Positions 35,699 through 51,144 of a DNA stretch of 64,000 nt are shown one piece after another. This DNA comes from Neocallimastix sp. 'constans'. Lineage: Eukaryota. The translations under genes and the position numbers were made by a program. The stretch is from contig JBODTK010000159.1 of NCBI GenBank assembly GCA_050613775.1, positions 124,001 to 188,000 of the forward strand. The letters are read 5' to 3'. The notes beneath the pieces were generated by a model. That model saw only the letters and a program-made list of their open reading frames with translations, was not told the DNA's origin and ran no database searches. Position 1 is the first letter of the stretch; each line of letters opens with the position of its first letter.

Positions 35699-36667
35699 TT
35701 TTATTTTTTTACTTTTTTTTTTTTTTTATGCTAGTGTTTATTTTTTCGGTTTGAAATTACGATTTATAATACTTAATTTATATTTTGTTATTTTTTTTAT
35801 TATTATTTTTAATATTGTAATTTTTAAATCAATATTACTTTTTACTATTTTACTTATATATGTTTTAATATTTTAATTTTATTATAAGATATAAAACATT
35901 AATCGAAATGTTTTTCTACTTTGTTTATTTGTTAATTTGCTTAATTATTAATTAAATTTTGAATTAATTAATTTTTTATTATATATTTACTATTTTATAT
36001 ATTTATATATTTATATTTTACAAAAATTAATTATTATTTCTTATCTACTTAAAATAAAAATTTTAAACTTTTATCTTCTTTAATTTAAAAGTTAATAAAA
36101 ATTTTTAAATTTTTATTTTCTATAATTAAAACAAAAAGTAATAAATTTTTCTATTAAAAAACAAATACACTTTAAATTATAAAATTTTATATTATAAAGA
36201 AAAATAAATTATAAAATTTTTATTATAAAGAAAAATAAAAACAAACTTTAATATTTTTTTTTTTCTTTTTTATTACAAAATATTAAGAATTAATTAATAA
36301 AAATAATATACATATTTAATTTATGTTAATATATATTATAATATATTGTAATATATTGTATTTTCATTATAATATAAACCATGTTTAAAAACAAATTAAA
36401 TAATATATGTTGAAATTAAATATATTGTTTAAATATATTAAAATATATTTATAAAAACAAATTATATAATTATATATATAAATTGTGTAACGTTTAATAT
36501 AATTTCGACATAACTGATTTAATAAATAAAAACTTTTTAATTAAAAGTATATTTATTTTTTTTTTTAATTTTATATATATTTAAGTTTAAATTTTAATAC
36601 CCACTACAAATACTACAAATACTACAAATTAAAACAAATTAATAAATAAATAATAAATCATAATAAA

Positions 36668-36980
36668 TTTTTTTTTTTTTTTATTTCCGCTGTGTACCGC
36701 CCTTGTTTTAAAACCCCCTCAGGGTCAGTGGGAATATTGAGGTAGTCACATAGTCACAATATTTCCGTATGTTTTTCGCATAAGCAGATATTGACGCTGC
36801 TGGACGTCCTTACTGAGTGTTTACCATTGGTGCTCTAACATTCATATTATTGCTGAAAATTTTTCAAATACGCTTTTTCTCAGAGTGCTTTTCCAATACC
36901 TAACATTCCCTTTGAAGTAAGGTCAGTATAACCTAACCCATTATTATATGTACTAGCTCCCTTAGCAAATGCATAAAGGT
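36668..36980 (-). mobile_element. Poly(A)-tailed GC-rich module, family B copy 2
   Basis: Collinear motifs shared with 30083-30260; T-tract at 36668-36682. Confidence 0.6.
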
Positions 36981-37567
36981 TACAATTTAGTAGAATATAT
37001 CTACATCACTTAAGTAGAATATATATATCTACATGGATACATGAAATGTACCTAAATTCTTGTAATTCCCTCGTAAATATATTAAATAAATATGTTAAAT
37101 GAGGGGATTGTGCATTTCTCAATGTGGCGTATACAATCATAAACAAATATATAAATAATAATATTTCAAAAGAAATAATAATATATTCTGTTAAAAAAGA
37201 ATTAGAAAAAATTATTTTTATAATTGAAAATTAATGAATTATATATATAAAAAAGAATATTTATTATTTATTTAATTATTATTTATTTGATTTTTATTTA
37301 TTTGATTTTTAATTATTTGACTATTAAAAAAAGCCACATACAAAAATACGCCACATTGCTAAACGAACTAGATTCGTTAAACGACAGTACTTGCCCAACC
37401 CTCACAGGCCCACGGTTAGGACAGTATCTTACTTTGGAAATTTAGAATAATTATATATAATGGGAAAATACTTATCTGTAACTCTAACTATAGTATTACG
37501 CAAAAATCTCTTATGAAGAAAACCTGGAAAATGGTCATAAGGCGCAATCGAATCATAGTAAATAATA

Positions 37568-37750
37568 AATAACTTAATAATTAAATAATAATAAAAAGAG
37601 TATTTATTAATAAAATAAATAATTGAATAACTGAATAACTTAATAATTAAATAATAATAAAAAAGAGTATTTATTAATAAAATAAATAATTGAATAACTG
37701 AATAATTAAATAATTAAATAATAGTAAATAGAGTATTTATTAATAAATAA
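37568..37750. repeat. Tandem direct duplication of about 66 bp (2 copies plus a partial copy)
   Basis: AATAACTTAATAATTAAATAATAATAAAAAGAGTATTTATTAATAAAATAAATAATTGAATAACTG repeated. Confidence 0.85.
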
Positions 37751-39060
37751 TAAATAATAAATATTTAATATTAAATATTCGTTATTATATATGAATCAGT
37801 AAATTATAAATAAATAATAATATAAATTAAAGAAGTATAAAATATAAAGTAAGAAATATTAGGAAAGTATTTAAAAAATAAATATTAAGATAAATGATAA
37901 TAAATGATTGTTACTTTAAAAATTTTTAAAGGATTATTTATACCTTTTTATTTATTTTTTTTTCTTCATAAACCATAATATATAAATAAACTATATATAA
38001 AATGAAATTGATTTATATTTATGATTATTATATATATATACTATATATACATACTTTTAATTCAAAAATTACACAAAAATTATTAAATAACCATTATGAA
38101 ATAAACCTTAATTTATATTTAATAAAAAAAAAAAAAGTAAATTATTTTTAAAGATATTTGTTATTTGTTGTTTCATTTATTTAAAAAAAATATATATATA
38201 TATATATATTTGTTGTTTCATAATTTAATATGTAATAATATTATTATATACTATTATGTATAACTAAATATTTATTGTTTTTAGTTAAGTGCCTTTATAT
38301 AATTTTAAAACTTTACATAAGTCAACATTTGTTAAATAGTACCATTTGAAATAATAAAGTAAATATATATTAATTTTTAAATATATATATATATATGTTA
38401 TTTCATTTATTTAAAAAAAAAAAAAAAAAAAAGAATGTTTTTAAATTTTGCCTATCTTAGTTTTACTCTTATAAATATTTATACTTTTCAATATTCTTTG
38501 TAGACTTATCATTTTCCAAAAATATTTTTATTCTGTTTTATATTTTTAAGTACGTATGTTTTATTTATTATTCAAAATTTTAAATCAAACTTGGGAAATG
38601 ATTTATTTTGTAAATATGTTAATCTTAAATTTTTACAAATTTTCTTTCAATTATCTGATTTTATAATATCAACAATTTAATTTTTAACTACTTTAAAAAA
38701 AAATAATTTTTCTTTAAAATATTAATTTCTATATTGAAATACTTCATAGTGGACCAACCATTTATAATATTAATAAATAAATAAAAATAATAAGATTTTT
38801 TTATTTTACTATCAAATAACAACAAATTTTTTGAAAGTCTTTTTTATTTTTTTTATTTTTTATTTTTTTTTTTTATTAACGAAATTACATGTGCCACATT
38901 TAAACATTGCTTCGTATATTAGTAGAATTGAAAATTTTTTATTAATATTAAATATTTTTTTTTTTTTTTTGGGAGGATATTTATCCTAAACTTTTTAAAA
39001 AAAATAACAAAATATAATGAAAACAACTTGATTTAATTTTTTAATTTTAATTTATTTACA

Positions 39061-39390
39061 TTAATAAATAACAAATAATAAATAATAAATAATAAATAAT
39101 AAATAATAAATAATAAATAATAAATAATAAATAATAAATAATAAATAATAAATAATAAATAATAAATAATAAATAATAAATAATAAATAATAAATAATAA
39201 ATAATAAATAATAAATAATAAATAATAAATAATAAATAATAAATAATAAATAATAAATAATAAATAATAAATAATAAATAATAAATAATAAATAATAAAT
39301 AATAAATAATAAATAAAATAATAAATAATAAATAATAAATAATAAATAATAAATAATAAATAATAAATAATAAATAATAAATAATAAATA
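39061..39390. repeat. (AATAAAT)n heptamer array
   Basis: Directly visible; it produces the spurious LLFIIYY ORF. Confidence 0.95.
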
Positions 39391-40763
39391 ATATATATAA
39401 TGTTTTATAACATGTAATGAAATATTCATATATATGTATATATTTTGAATTTTAAATCAAAGTTTATAATTGTAAAATAACTATAGCAATAATAATAATA
39501 ACAATAAAAAATAACAATATTAATAACAATAAAAACAACAACAACAACAACAACAACAACAATAATAATAGCAATAATAAATATCATTCATGTTTTATAA
39601 ATTTATTATGAATTTTTAAAAATGATTTTATTAAACAAATCTATAATTTATAATTAAAAGTCTATAATAAACTATTACTTATGATATTTTTATTTATTAA
39701 TAACATAATAAAATAATAAAATTATAATTAAAAAACAATAACAATATATATTAATTATTTCAAAACTAAATATTTTTATAAATATGTTAAATATATATCA
39801 GTATTTTTATATTTTTATTGAAAAAAAAAAGATATTTTAATTATTTTAATATGTTTATTATAAATACTTTATAAGATAAAAGTTTTCATAAATATCATAT
39901 ATAATAACGAGAAAAAAACTGAATATGAAAAATTCCTTCATAATGATATCTAATTTTTTTTTTTTCTTTTTTTTTTTTTTCAATTTGATCTATATTTTAT
40001 TTTATTTTAATAGCTATTTATTAGTAATTAATTTAAAGTATTTATATTAGATATTTGTTTACTATTTGAAAGGGATACATTATATTATATTTGATCAAAT
40101 AAATATAACAATAAGAAAATCTATATTAAAATTTTATTAATTTTGATCTTGATTTAACATAGAAAACAGTAGAATTTAGTGAGGAATTCTCTGATTGCTT
40201 CTTCAATATTAATAATCATCAATTTTTTTTTCAAAATATATTTTTAAAAAAGATCAAAACTACTTCATTTATTTCATTGATAATTCTCTCATGTGCTAAT
40301 CTTTATCTTAATAAAAATAAATAATTCAGTTGTATAAGACTGAAAAAAAAAAAATAGTCTTTAAACATTTTTATAAAATAACTATAATAATAAAAAAAAA
40401 GAATAAAATTAAATAATTTAAATTATTTTAATAAACATAAATGTATAAACTATAAATTACTATTATTTATTTTTTTTAATATTATTTATATTTATTAAGT
40501 TTTTTATGAAACATTTATACAATATACAATAAAAAGTAAATGTTCCCCATTTACCGAAAAATATATATATTAAAATATTATTATTCTAAAATTAAAAAAA
40601 AAAAAAAAAAGAAAAAAAAAAAAAAACTCTTATAAAAAGTATAATATTTTTTAAAGAAATAATTTTAAAAGTACCACCTCATTACAGAAAAATATATAAA
40701 AATATGTTTACTTCATGTTTATTATTAATAATTAAAAATAGATGAATATATATATATATAAAG

Positions 40764-40971
<208 letters not shown>

Positions 40972-42289
40972 TATAATAACATAAAAAAAATAAACCAAAA
41001 ATTATTTATAAAAATTTCATTATATACTTTCTTTGATGGCTGGTATATCAATAAAAACAATAACAACAATAGTAATAGTACTAATGATTTTAATATTAAT
41101 AATGGTAATAATTAAATAATAATAATAACAATAAATAAAATTATTATAAATTAAGAAAATCGAATTAATTTTTTAATGTAATCCTTTTCTTTTAAAATAA
41201 TATATATATATATTTTATATCAGATATCATTTCTATATTTATATGAGAATGTAATAAATACTAAAATATTTTTTTCTTAACTTGTTAATATATATATATA
41301 TTTTCCTTTAACATATTGTTAATACAATATATAAATATTTATTGATTTATTCTATATTTTTTGTAATAATGTTATTTATATTAATTTTTATGTCATAATG
41401 ATAATTTATATAACACTAATTTTTGCATTAAATTTAAAAAACATTAATAAAGTTGATATTAACTCTATATTATTATATAAATTAATAATTGTTAAATATT
41501 AATTCAAACAATAAATTAGTATATTTATTATATAACTTAATATTTAAAATAACAATTTGAAAAACATTAGTAGTTTAAAGGTGTTAATTATATATAATTA
41601 AATTTTTAATTATAAGATAAAAATTTATTTTATTTTTGTTGTTATAATATATAATACATATTATATATATATAACTATAATTTTAATATTATTATTATAA
41701 TTTCAAGTAATATATATTATTATAAAATAACAATAATGACAATAACAATAATAATCATAATATTCATAGTGATTATTGCGGAAATCAATATATGTACAAC
41801 AATAGTAATAGTAGTGATAAAAAAGATTATTGTATCCATAATAAACCATATATTTACTTTTATAGAAATATATTTAATAATACAAAAATTATTAATATGT
41901 AAACATTTTTATGATAAATATGAAGAAATTATAAGCGTTTATGGAATTTTCTGCTTTCTTTATTATTATAAAAAGTAGTATTTCATGAAAATTTCAATTT
42001 AAATATAATTAAATAAATTTTAATTATATTTAAATTGAAATTATATTTAAAAAATTTAATAAATAATATTATTTTTATTTCATGGAAATAATATTATTTA
42101 TTAATTTATTAAATAAATCTTTTATTAAAAAAATAAGAAAAATAAAAATAAAAATATATTAATTTGTTTTGTAATAATCTAATTATTGTACTACATTATT
42201 ATTTCTATTATAATATTTTTCTAATTTAATTAAATATATAATTTTATTTAATATTTTTTTCCTATAAAATAGTTTATTTTATATATTTG

Positions 42290-42320
<31 letters not shown>

Positions 42321-43882
42321 TCCGTTTAATAATTATTATTATTTATTTAATTTAGTGAAGTTTGATATTTTAATTTTTTTGTACAATTTGTACAATATTT
42401 CCACAATAAACAATTTCTGTCTCATTTAATCAGTAAGAAAAAATACTTTTTGAATTTTTGAATTTTGAAATATTGTAATTTTTTTTTTTTCCAGTGTAAA
42501 ATATAATGTTTAAAATTATTTAATTAATTGTTTGTTTATATATAAATAAATATAATGAAATATTTCATGTATTTTTATTTAACAAGTATTTAATAATAAC
42601 AATAAATGGAAATGATGATAAAAATAAATCTAAATATAATGTACAAATATAAAAAATTAATAAATAAATAAATAGATAAATAGATAAATAGATATATAAA
42701 TAAATAAATAAATAAAATAATATTTCAAAAAATATTCAAATATTTAAAAATATTTTTAAAAAAATGTACATATATTTATGAGATATTAAAAAATTTTATT
42801 AATATGGAATAGAATTTGATATATATATATTTTTTTTTCAGATATATGAATTATAATCTCAAAAGATAATGAAGAGTTTTAGATCATGTGAGAGATTGAT
42901 AATATAATATATATTCTTCAAATAATGTAAAAATAATCATTATATTATTAAAATCTTAATATTTTTATAAAAAAAAAAAAAAACTATATGATATTTTTAA
43001 ATGATTGAAAACAATACATAATATTATGTGTTATTTAATATTTAAAAAAAAAAAGTTTTTTATGAATTTTTTAATATATATATATATTAAATATAATTAA
43101 TAAATACAGTTGTTATATAATAATTAATTAATTAAAGAATTATTTAATTTATAATTTGAATAATATTATATTTGTTTATTTATTTAATTTTATTATATAT
43201 ATATATATATATTTTTTTTAATTTATTCAATATTTAAGATTTAATATAAACAGTTCAAATTGTTTTTTATTTTATTATAAACAAGTTAAATTTAATATTT
43301 ATTTCCATATTAAAAAAAAAGAAAAAATAAAAAAAAAATAAAAATTTTGTTAATATTGTAATAATAAATAAATAATAATTTATATATAAAAATAAGTTTA
43401 TATATTTAAGGAAAATGGAAAATATTGTAACTTTAAAATTTAATTTTATTTTTATTCTTGTGGTTTATTTATAATATAAATAGTTAATTTAATTTATTAC
43501 TAAATTAATTATTGTGTGATATATAAAATATATAATATTATTATTTATATTTTCTTAAATTTTTGAATAATATAAAGATTATAAATTATTAATTATTAAA
43601 TAATGTTGAGTATAATTATAAAACATTGTTCCTTAATATATAATAAATTTTTTTTAAAAAAAAAATATATAAATACATATATTATGAATTAAAAAAAAAA
43701 AACTTCTTTTTTTTTTTTTCATTTAGTATATTTTAACATTTTTTATATAATATAAATTAATATTTAGGAAGATATTCAAAGACAAGATACTAAAATAAGT
43801 AGATAAATAAAAATATAAAAAGATAAAAAAAAAAAAAAAAAAAAAATAAAGTTTAAATACAATGTCTATATAAATATATAAA

Positions 43883-45137
43883 ATGTATTACATCAATCGA
43901 TTTTGGATAAAAGTTACTTTTCTTTTAATATATATATCGGTAATTCAAGCAAAGGAAATAAATATTAATGGATATTTTTTTAATATATTTAAAGGCAAAC
44001 AGGGTAAAGAATATGATAAAAAAAATATTATATCATATTTTAATGATAATATAAATTCCATTATTGGTGCAACTGAAAATAATTATAATTTAACTATTGA
44101 GTTTTCTGAAAATGAAAATTATAACGATTATTTTGAAGAAGTGAAAAGAGAAATTAAAAATTCAAAATACCATTTTTTTTTAATAGATTATAAATCATTA
44201 TTTGATGATTTTACTTACTACAGTGATATAAATAGTGTTGTTACAAAACGTGCCTTTACATCAGAAATTCATAAGGAAAAGCAACCAGAGTTTCAACCTT
44301 ATAATGATTTAAGTAATAGGACTGATATACCTCCAATGAGAACAATAAATAAAAGAGACTATTTTTATAAATATACCATACCAATAAATGAATATAATAA
44401 AATTGAAGAAAATTCCTATATTGATAATTTTAAACTTATAATTGATGATTGCAAATTGGATAAAGATTATCATGCTTTACCATTTAGTTCATCCTATAAT
44501 TTTTTAATTTATAACCAGGAATTAATTAAAGGATTAAACCTAAAGATTAAAGAAAACCTTTCCTGGTCAAATATACAATCAATAACTGATGAATATAATA
44601 AAAAAAACCCAGAAAATCCTAAATCTGGTATCATTTTATCATTAAAAAACGAGGATGATTTTACTAGTTTTTTATTAGAATTTTTGTTTGATTATAGTAA
44701 ATTTGAATATATAAAATGTTCAGAATATAAAAAAGGTGGCAAAATATCAAATAAAAAGTCATCGAAAATTAAATATTTTAAATATGATAAATGCTCTAAT
44801 TATAACTATGAAATGTTTTACAATGAGAGTGGTATGGGTAATTCTTTTAAGAGAATTAAGTATTTATTGCAAAATAACTATATCCATCCAGAAAGTATAA
44901 ATTTTGATGAAGCTCAAGCTGTAGAAAAATTTTTAAAAGGGGAATCCATTTTTTTAAGAGGTAGTTATGATGTATTTAAAATATTTTCTAATTTAAATTT
45001 AGAAAATAAAAATATTGCTCCTGTATCAGATCCTAATTTAGATTTAGATACTACACCAACTGAAACAAATTCTAATAATACTCAGTCAAATAATTATAAT
45101 GACAATAATGTTACTAACCATAATGAGAAAATTAATG

Positions 45138-45168
<31 letters not shown>

Positions 45169-46995
45169 TACTAATAGTAATATAGTTAATAATTTTCAAA
45201 AAAGAGATGATGAAGCATTAATTGGAACAATTAATTTTTATGGTGATGAATATAAATATGGAATATCCCTTCTTCCTGGTAAATTTTCGACTTATAAAGG
45301 ATATGCTTTAATTGGTAACAATCATCAAGAGTTTAGTAATATTCGAAAAGACATTGTTGATGTAATGATTGTATTGACTACAGTGCAAGCTCAAATAAAA
45401 CGAGCATATGACTATAATATTTTACCATCTTTTGATTACTCCGTATTTGCATCTAATACTAATAATAACGTCTGTAATAAAATTCCTTGTTTTTCCTACC
45501 TAAAAAATATCAATACTCTATCATTAACAAATACAATATTTAATAAAGAAAGTATAAACAATAAAGATATTCGAATGGATCTTAAAAACTATTTTATGGA
45601 TTATCAAGTTAAATCGTCTGTAAAAGAGGAGGATAATTTATTCTTATCAAATTCTGTATTAAAAAAGTTTAATTATAATATTTTATTGACCTATGTTAAA
45701 TGGTCAAATTTCATAAGTATTATTAGTATTGGTTATTTTATACTTGGAAATTTATATGCCGTATTATTAATAGCTGCTGTGATCTATCAAAAGAAAAAAG
45801 GAAAGAAGGTTATGGAGCATGTGTCATCATTAATGTGCATTATGTATATTATTGGACTTACTTCCTTTTTTGATACGTCAGTATTAAGTCCTGGTTTTCC
45901 TACAAAATTTACTTGTACCTTTAGCCATAATTGGAATTATCTTTTATTATCATTAGCTTTATGCTTTTACTTTATTAAAGTTTGGAAAATTAATATCATT
46001 GTCAATAATTATAAATTTAAAATATTAGGTATCAAATTGACAAAACATTCACATATTATTATAAATGCAACTTTTCTTACAGTTGAAATTGGATTAAATG
46101 TAATGTGGGATATACTATCACCAAGGAAGATCGCTGTTAAAAATGTTGTTATTGAACAAGGTGGAGCTGTTGCCGCTACAGCATATAGAACACCTGTATG
46201 TTATAGTAAAAATGATTCTTTCTTCTATAATTCAATAATAATACTAATATTTATATATGTAAGTTATCCATTTACTTTTATAAAAATATATATTTTAAGT
46301 AATATTTATTATTAGTTAAATATTATAAATTGATATAATTAATATATTTTTATTTATTTATTTATTTATTTATTTTTTTATTTTATTTTATTTTATTTTT
46401 TTTTTTTTTTTAGTTCATCATAACTTTTATTTTAACATTTTTATCAAGAAAAGCTACTGATTATTATGATGAATATAAAGGATTTATGTATTCAATGACT
46501 ATTATACTTATTAGTTCAATTGTAACTTTTGTATATACTCAAATATTTAATACATATAATCATATTTTAATGGCAGAGCATACCCTTGGTTTCATTTGTG
46601 GAGTCTCTCTATTATCATTAACCATTTTACCAAAAATTATTGAATCATTTACAGGTAAAACATTTAAAAAAAATCGTGGAAATCTTAATGATGAAACTGA
46701 GATAAGCTATGAAAATTTGATTCATGAAGGTAGCTTTAAAGTTATATCTTTTAAAGATTCAGGGTACAAACAAAAAGATGATACTAATTATTTATCAGAA
46801 GAAATTTTAACTTCACTTGACGCAGCCTATCTCGGCATCTCCAATAAAACTATTAATGATTTAAATAATACTGAGAATAGGATTGCCAATGATATACCAA
46901 TTAAACCTTATTCAAGGTATAGTGTTAACACTAATAATAGAAGTGGTGAAAATACCATTATGAATAAAAATCTTAATAAATTTAAAGATTTTTAA
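43883..46995 (+). CDS. Class C (7tm_3)-like GPCR with SBP-like ectodomain, 985 aa; paralog of 20641-23707
   Basis: Exon 1 43883-46258, exon 2 46414-46995, in frame. Shares GYF.NIF, DDCKL...YxALPF, LLPGKxSTY, AQIxRA, YFxxGNxYA, KVW, WDxxSPR and RKATDYYDEY with the paralog, and the same phase-0 intron position. Confidence 0.87.
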
Positions 46996-47162
46996 TCATA
47001 ATATTACTATAAATTCTATTTTTAATATAGATTTTTATAATAGAAATATTCAATATTTTTAATTTTTAGTTCAAATATTTTTTTTTTTTATTTTCCAAAA
47101 AAGTTAAAAATATTATTTTTTATTTATAAATATTTATATATATTTTTTTTAAAAAAGTAAAC

Positions 47163-47194
<32 letters not shown>

Positions 47195-47363
47195 TAATAA
47201 AATGTACAAAAAATATAAAACAAAAATAAAAGTAATATATATAGAATTGAAGTTTAAAAAATATAATAATAATAATAATAATAATAGTAATAATAATAGT
47301 AATAATAATAATTATAATAATAATAATAATAATAGAAATAATAATAATAATAATAAAAATAAA

Positions 47364-47500
<137 letters not shown>

Positions 47501-47640
47501 AAATAAAATAAAAGAAAAATAAAAGTAAAATGTATAAATTTTTTTTTTTTTTTTTTTTTTTAGTTTTGTTTTATTTCTATTATTTTTTTTTTATTATTCT
47601 ATTTCATATTTTTTTTTTTTAATTTTGTTTTTACTTTCAT

Positions 47641-47780
47641 TAATATTTCTGTATAAAATATATATATAGTGAATTAGAGTTAATATTTTACATAGGATGC
47701 ATATATATAGAGTTAATATTTTGTATTGGATACATATATAGTGGATTAATGCTAATATTTCGTATAGGATACATATATTG
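47641..47780. repeat. Degenerate tandem repeat of about 35-40 bp (4 units)
   Basis: Unit approximately TAATATTTyGTATAGGATACATATATAGTGrATTAGAGT. Confidence 0.65.
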
Positions 47781-48899
47781 TAGAAAGTATGTTTTTTAAG
47801 ATATTTGTTAAAGGAACACTCTCCATTGTTTTGGCATGTGTCCTCATTTTTCCATCTCCATTTCTGACTGGAAATTCAAAGTAAAGGATCTATGAATTCA
47901 TATTCAGTCTTATCACATTAATTGTCTTTAGAATAAAGGGTTACAAAACATGTTGTTTTGGAATATACTTTTAAATATTTATTAAATATTTATTACTCCA
48001 TTTAGAGGAATCATATTATGAGAAATAAAGAAATTTATTTAAATAGTTAACTATTTATTAAATTAATAATCTAATTATTAAATATTTATATATTTAATAT
48101 TAGATCTCAATGATTTAATAATTAATATTACAATAATGGTTTATATATATTAGTTCTTAAATTTTTATATTATGTATGATATTCTAGAAATAAATTGAAT
48201 ATATATATTAACTTTATATACCAAATATCTCTAATAAAAATTTTATATTGTATATAGTTAAGTATTAATAAAGTATATAATAAATTTATTTTCATATTAT
48301 TTAATTCATAGATATATTTTAAACCAACATAAAATTATGAAAATTAAATTTATTTCTATATTCTAATATCATTTATGATTGAATTGTATAATATATACTT
48401 CTGCTGTTTCATTTTATATTCTAATATTGAGATAGATGGTTATAATACATTTTATAATAAATGCATTTTATTATATATTTTATTTTATTATTTTAAATAA
48501 CTTATATTTCATAATAAATAATTATAATAATAATGATGTTATTCTCTGTGTTCAGTCAAAAATCAAGTGTTATAAAATTTTGTATAAATTAGTAAATAAA
48601 AAATAAATAAAATAAAATATAATTGAAATCAATATAAAATACTTTTCTCAAAGGGTTAATTTAGGACCTCTTAATATATCAACGGATATTTGTTTATTTG
48701 GAATAGTTATTAATTGTTGAAAATTTGAAAATTAATATTAGAGTTTTAAATCTTTTTTTAAATTATATTTTTAAAAAGTTTTCTTATTATATTAATTTTA
48801 TATATTCGATGAATAGGTGTTTTAATTTGTTTTTACTTTTAATTATATACATCGGATATTAATTATTTCTTCAATAATTATTGATTTACTCTAATAATT

Positions 48900-49870
48900 C
48901 GAGTTTAACATGCTTGAGTATTAATTCATCTTTCCAGATTCAGCTAATCTTTCCCCTATGTACAAGTTTGCTTAAGGTTAATGTTCTAAAATTAATCTTT
49001 TACTTTGAATTTTATTAAAAATCATAAATTGTTATTATTAGGAAATACTAGATTAAATAAAGAGTTCTAATCCTAATCTTCCATATGAAGTTGGTTTATT
49101 AAGTGTTGGGCCGATGTTGCATCAATTATTTAATACGTCTTTTGGGAATTTTTTGATTAATGTAATAAAAACTCTTCACAGCCCAGAGCGTCAACATCAA
49201 AAATGATTATGCAAAGAAGAATTTCTTATAGAGGTTCGAATGATAATAATAATGAACAAAAGTATATTTAAATAAACTTGAATCATACTATTACTATTTG
49301 TTATAATATATAGTTAGTGCCAAATTATAACTTATTGATTCACCTGAAATTCCAGAGGTACTTATTTATCGTTATAACAAACCATATACTATTATTAAAT
49401 TCTTATAATGAACCAGGTTTATGCAAAAAAGACAACTTGCCTTAACTCTACATATAAAAGACTTTTATTGAACTTTCAGATATAAATGGAAATCTCCATA
49501 GTTAGTATATTCTTGAACTTTATATGGACAAAAATTGTTTAAATGAAGAAGCCAATTATATTAAATAATCTGTTAATTGTAAAAAAAAAAAAAGAAATGA
49601 ACAATATTTTTTCCGATAAATGTGTTAAATAACAATTGCATTCTAAATCCAAAAGCTAATATTTTGAGCTGTAATGTTTAATATGCTCGTGCCCATATAC
49701 CATATATTAATTTCAACAAGAAAATGTATACATTGTGGTCGAATGTTAAGAGATGTAGATGACAATCAAAATAAAACCTAATTATTGTATTGGAGAATGC
49801 TTATGAAAATCCATATCAACCATCAGAGAATGCGTCAATGAGATTAAATTTTTGAATTCCAAGTTTTTAT
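48900..49870 (+). pseudogene. Degenerate intronless coding-like relic with a C-terminal Cys cluster
   Basis: Broken frames: NLPYEVGLLSVGPMLHQLFNTSFGNFLINVIK, IDSPEIPEVLIYRYNKPY, RKCIHCGRMLRDVDD/YCIGEC. Confidence 0.4.
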
Positions 49871-50889
49871 AGTATGAATAATACTTATCGCATTATTTAC
49901 AGCTTATATTTGTCTTTGGAAATAAGAAGATGCATTTTTTCATAATATAAAAAATTAAAATATATATATTATATACTTCAATTTACAAATATAATGATAA
50001 GTTTATGTATAACTAATACTGCTTATACATACATATATAAATTGAAATAGTTTATAAATAAAATAGATATAATTGTTTAAAATTTTATTTTATAAAAGAA
50101 TTTTTGATAATAGTGTCCAAAATTTTACTTCAAATGATATCATATTCTTCAATCATCGATATTATCAATATTTAGTTAGATAATTTAGTGAGCTTAAAGG
50201 TATTTTAAACAATTATTTATCTATGATCTTTATATATATAGATGGCGAATATGTATTTTATTTTAACTACGTTATAAACTTTTTTTGATTTTTCAATTTT
50301 CAATTCTATGAATGGAATAATTATTTGAATGTTAACCTTATTTTTTATGATACTATATTAAATATTTTGATAAATTTGAAATTACTTTTAAAAAAATCCT
50401 AATGTTAATATATAAGTAAAAAATAAATAATATAGTTCTTCTCTCGATTGAAATTAAATTATTATCAATAGTTGAAGTATAAGATCGAATTTTGTTGTAA
50501 GATATGATTTAATATAGTCAAAAATGGTGTATATGGATATTATAAATATAACAGGCCTGGATATTTCAATTGGTGTTATAATAATAATATAAAGAATGTA
50601 GAAAATAGTGTATAAATAGAATATTATTTAAAGCGTATAAAAAAATACTATGGATTGAATGCTGCGAATGGTGTTGAAATTGAACGTATTTCGATTTAAG
50701 AAATAATATTTGTTATATTTCTAAAATCGAAAAATATTCAAATTCGATGTTGAAATAAATGTAGGAATAGAAATATTGAAGTCTTGAAATAATCTTTGAA
50801 ATTAAAATTCTATTAAAATTAATTTTTTTAATTTTAATTTTTAATTATGAGTTTCAATGGATTAAAAATTTTTTATATTATATAAAATT

Positions 50890-51066
50890 AGATCTGTCAT
50901 TTGGATTCTTTTCATCATTGGGTGGACAACCTTGTCTTACACCACAATGAATAGAAAATTCATTTGATAACAAAAAAAAAAAAAAGCAAGGTTAAGTATC
51001 CTTATTTTCTAATTTTTGTCTCTGACATATAATTCTTAATAATAATCTGTAAAGACTTTCACATTC
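50890..51066 (-). mobile_element. LINE reverse transcriptase relic with internal deletions
   Basis: LRIICQRQKLENKDT/LAF (the segment preceding the DxxKAYD motif) joined to LSNEFSIHCGVRQGCP (LINE RT GxRQGxP motif). Confidence 0.75.
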
Positions 51067-51144
51067 TTAAAAAAATAATAATAATAATAATAATAAAAAT
51101 TAAATAATAATAAAAAAAAAAAAACCCAGTAAAGAACAATAAAG

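Noticed and set aside
47641..47780. Spaced repeats as a CRISPR-like array (also 30620-30730 and 37568-37750)
   Set aside because: Units are contiguous degenerate tandem copies with no unique spacers and no cas genes; the context is eukaryotic.
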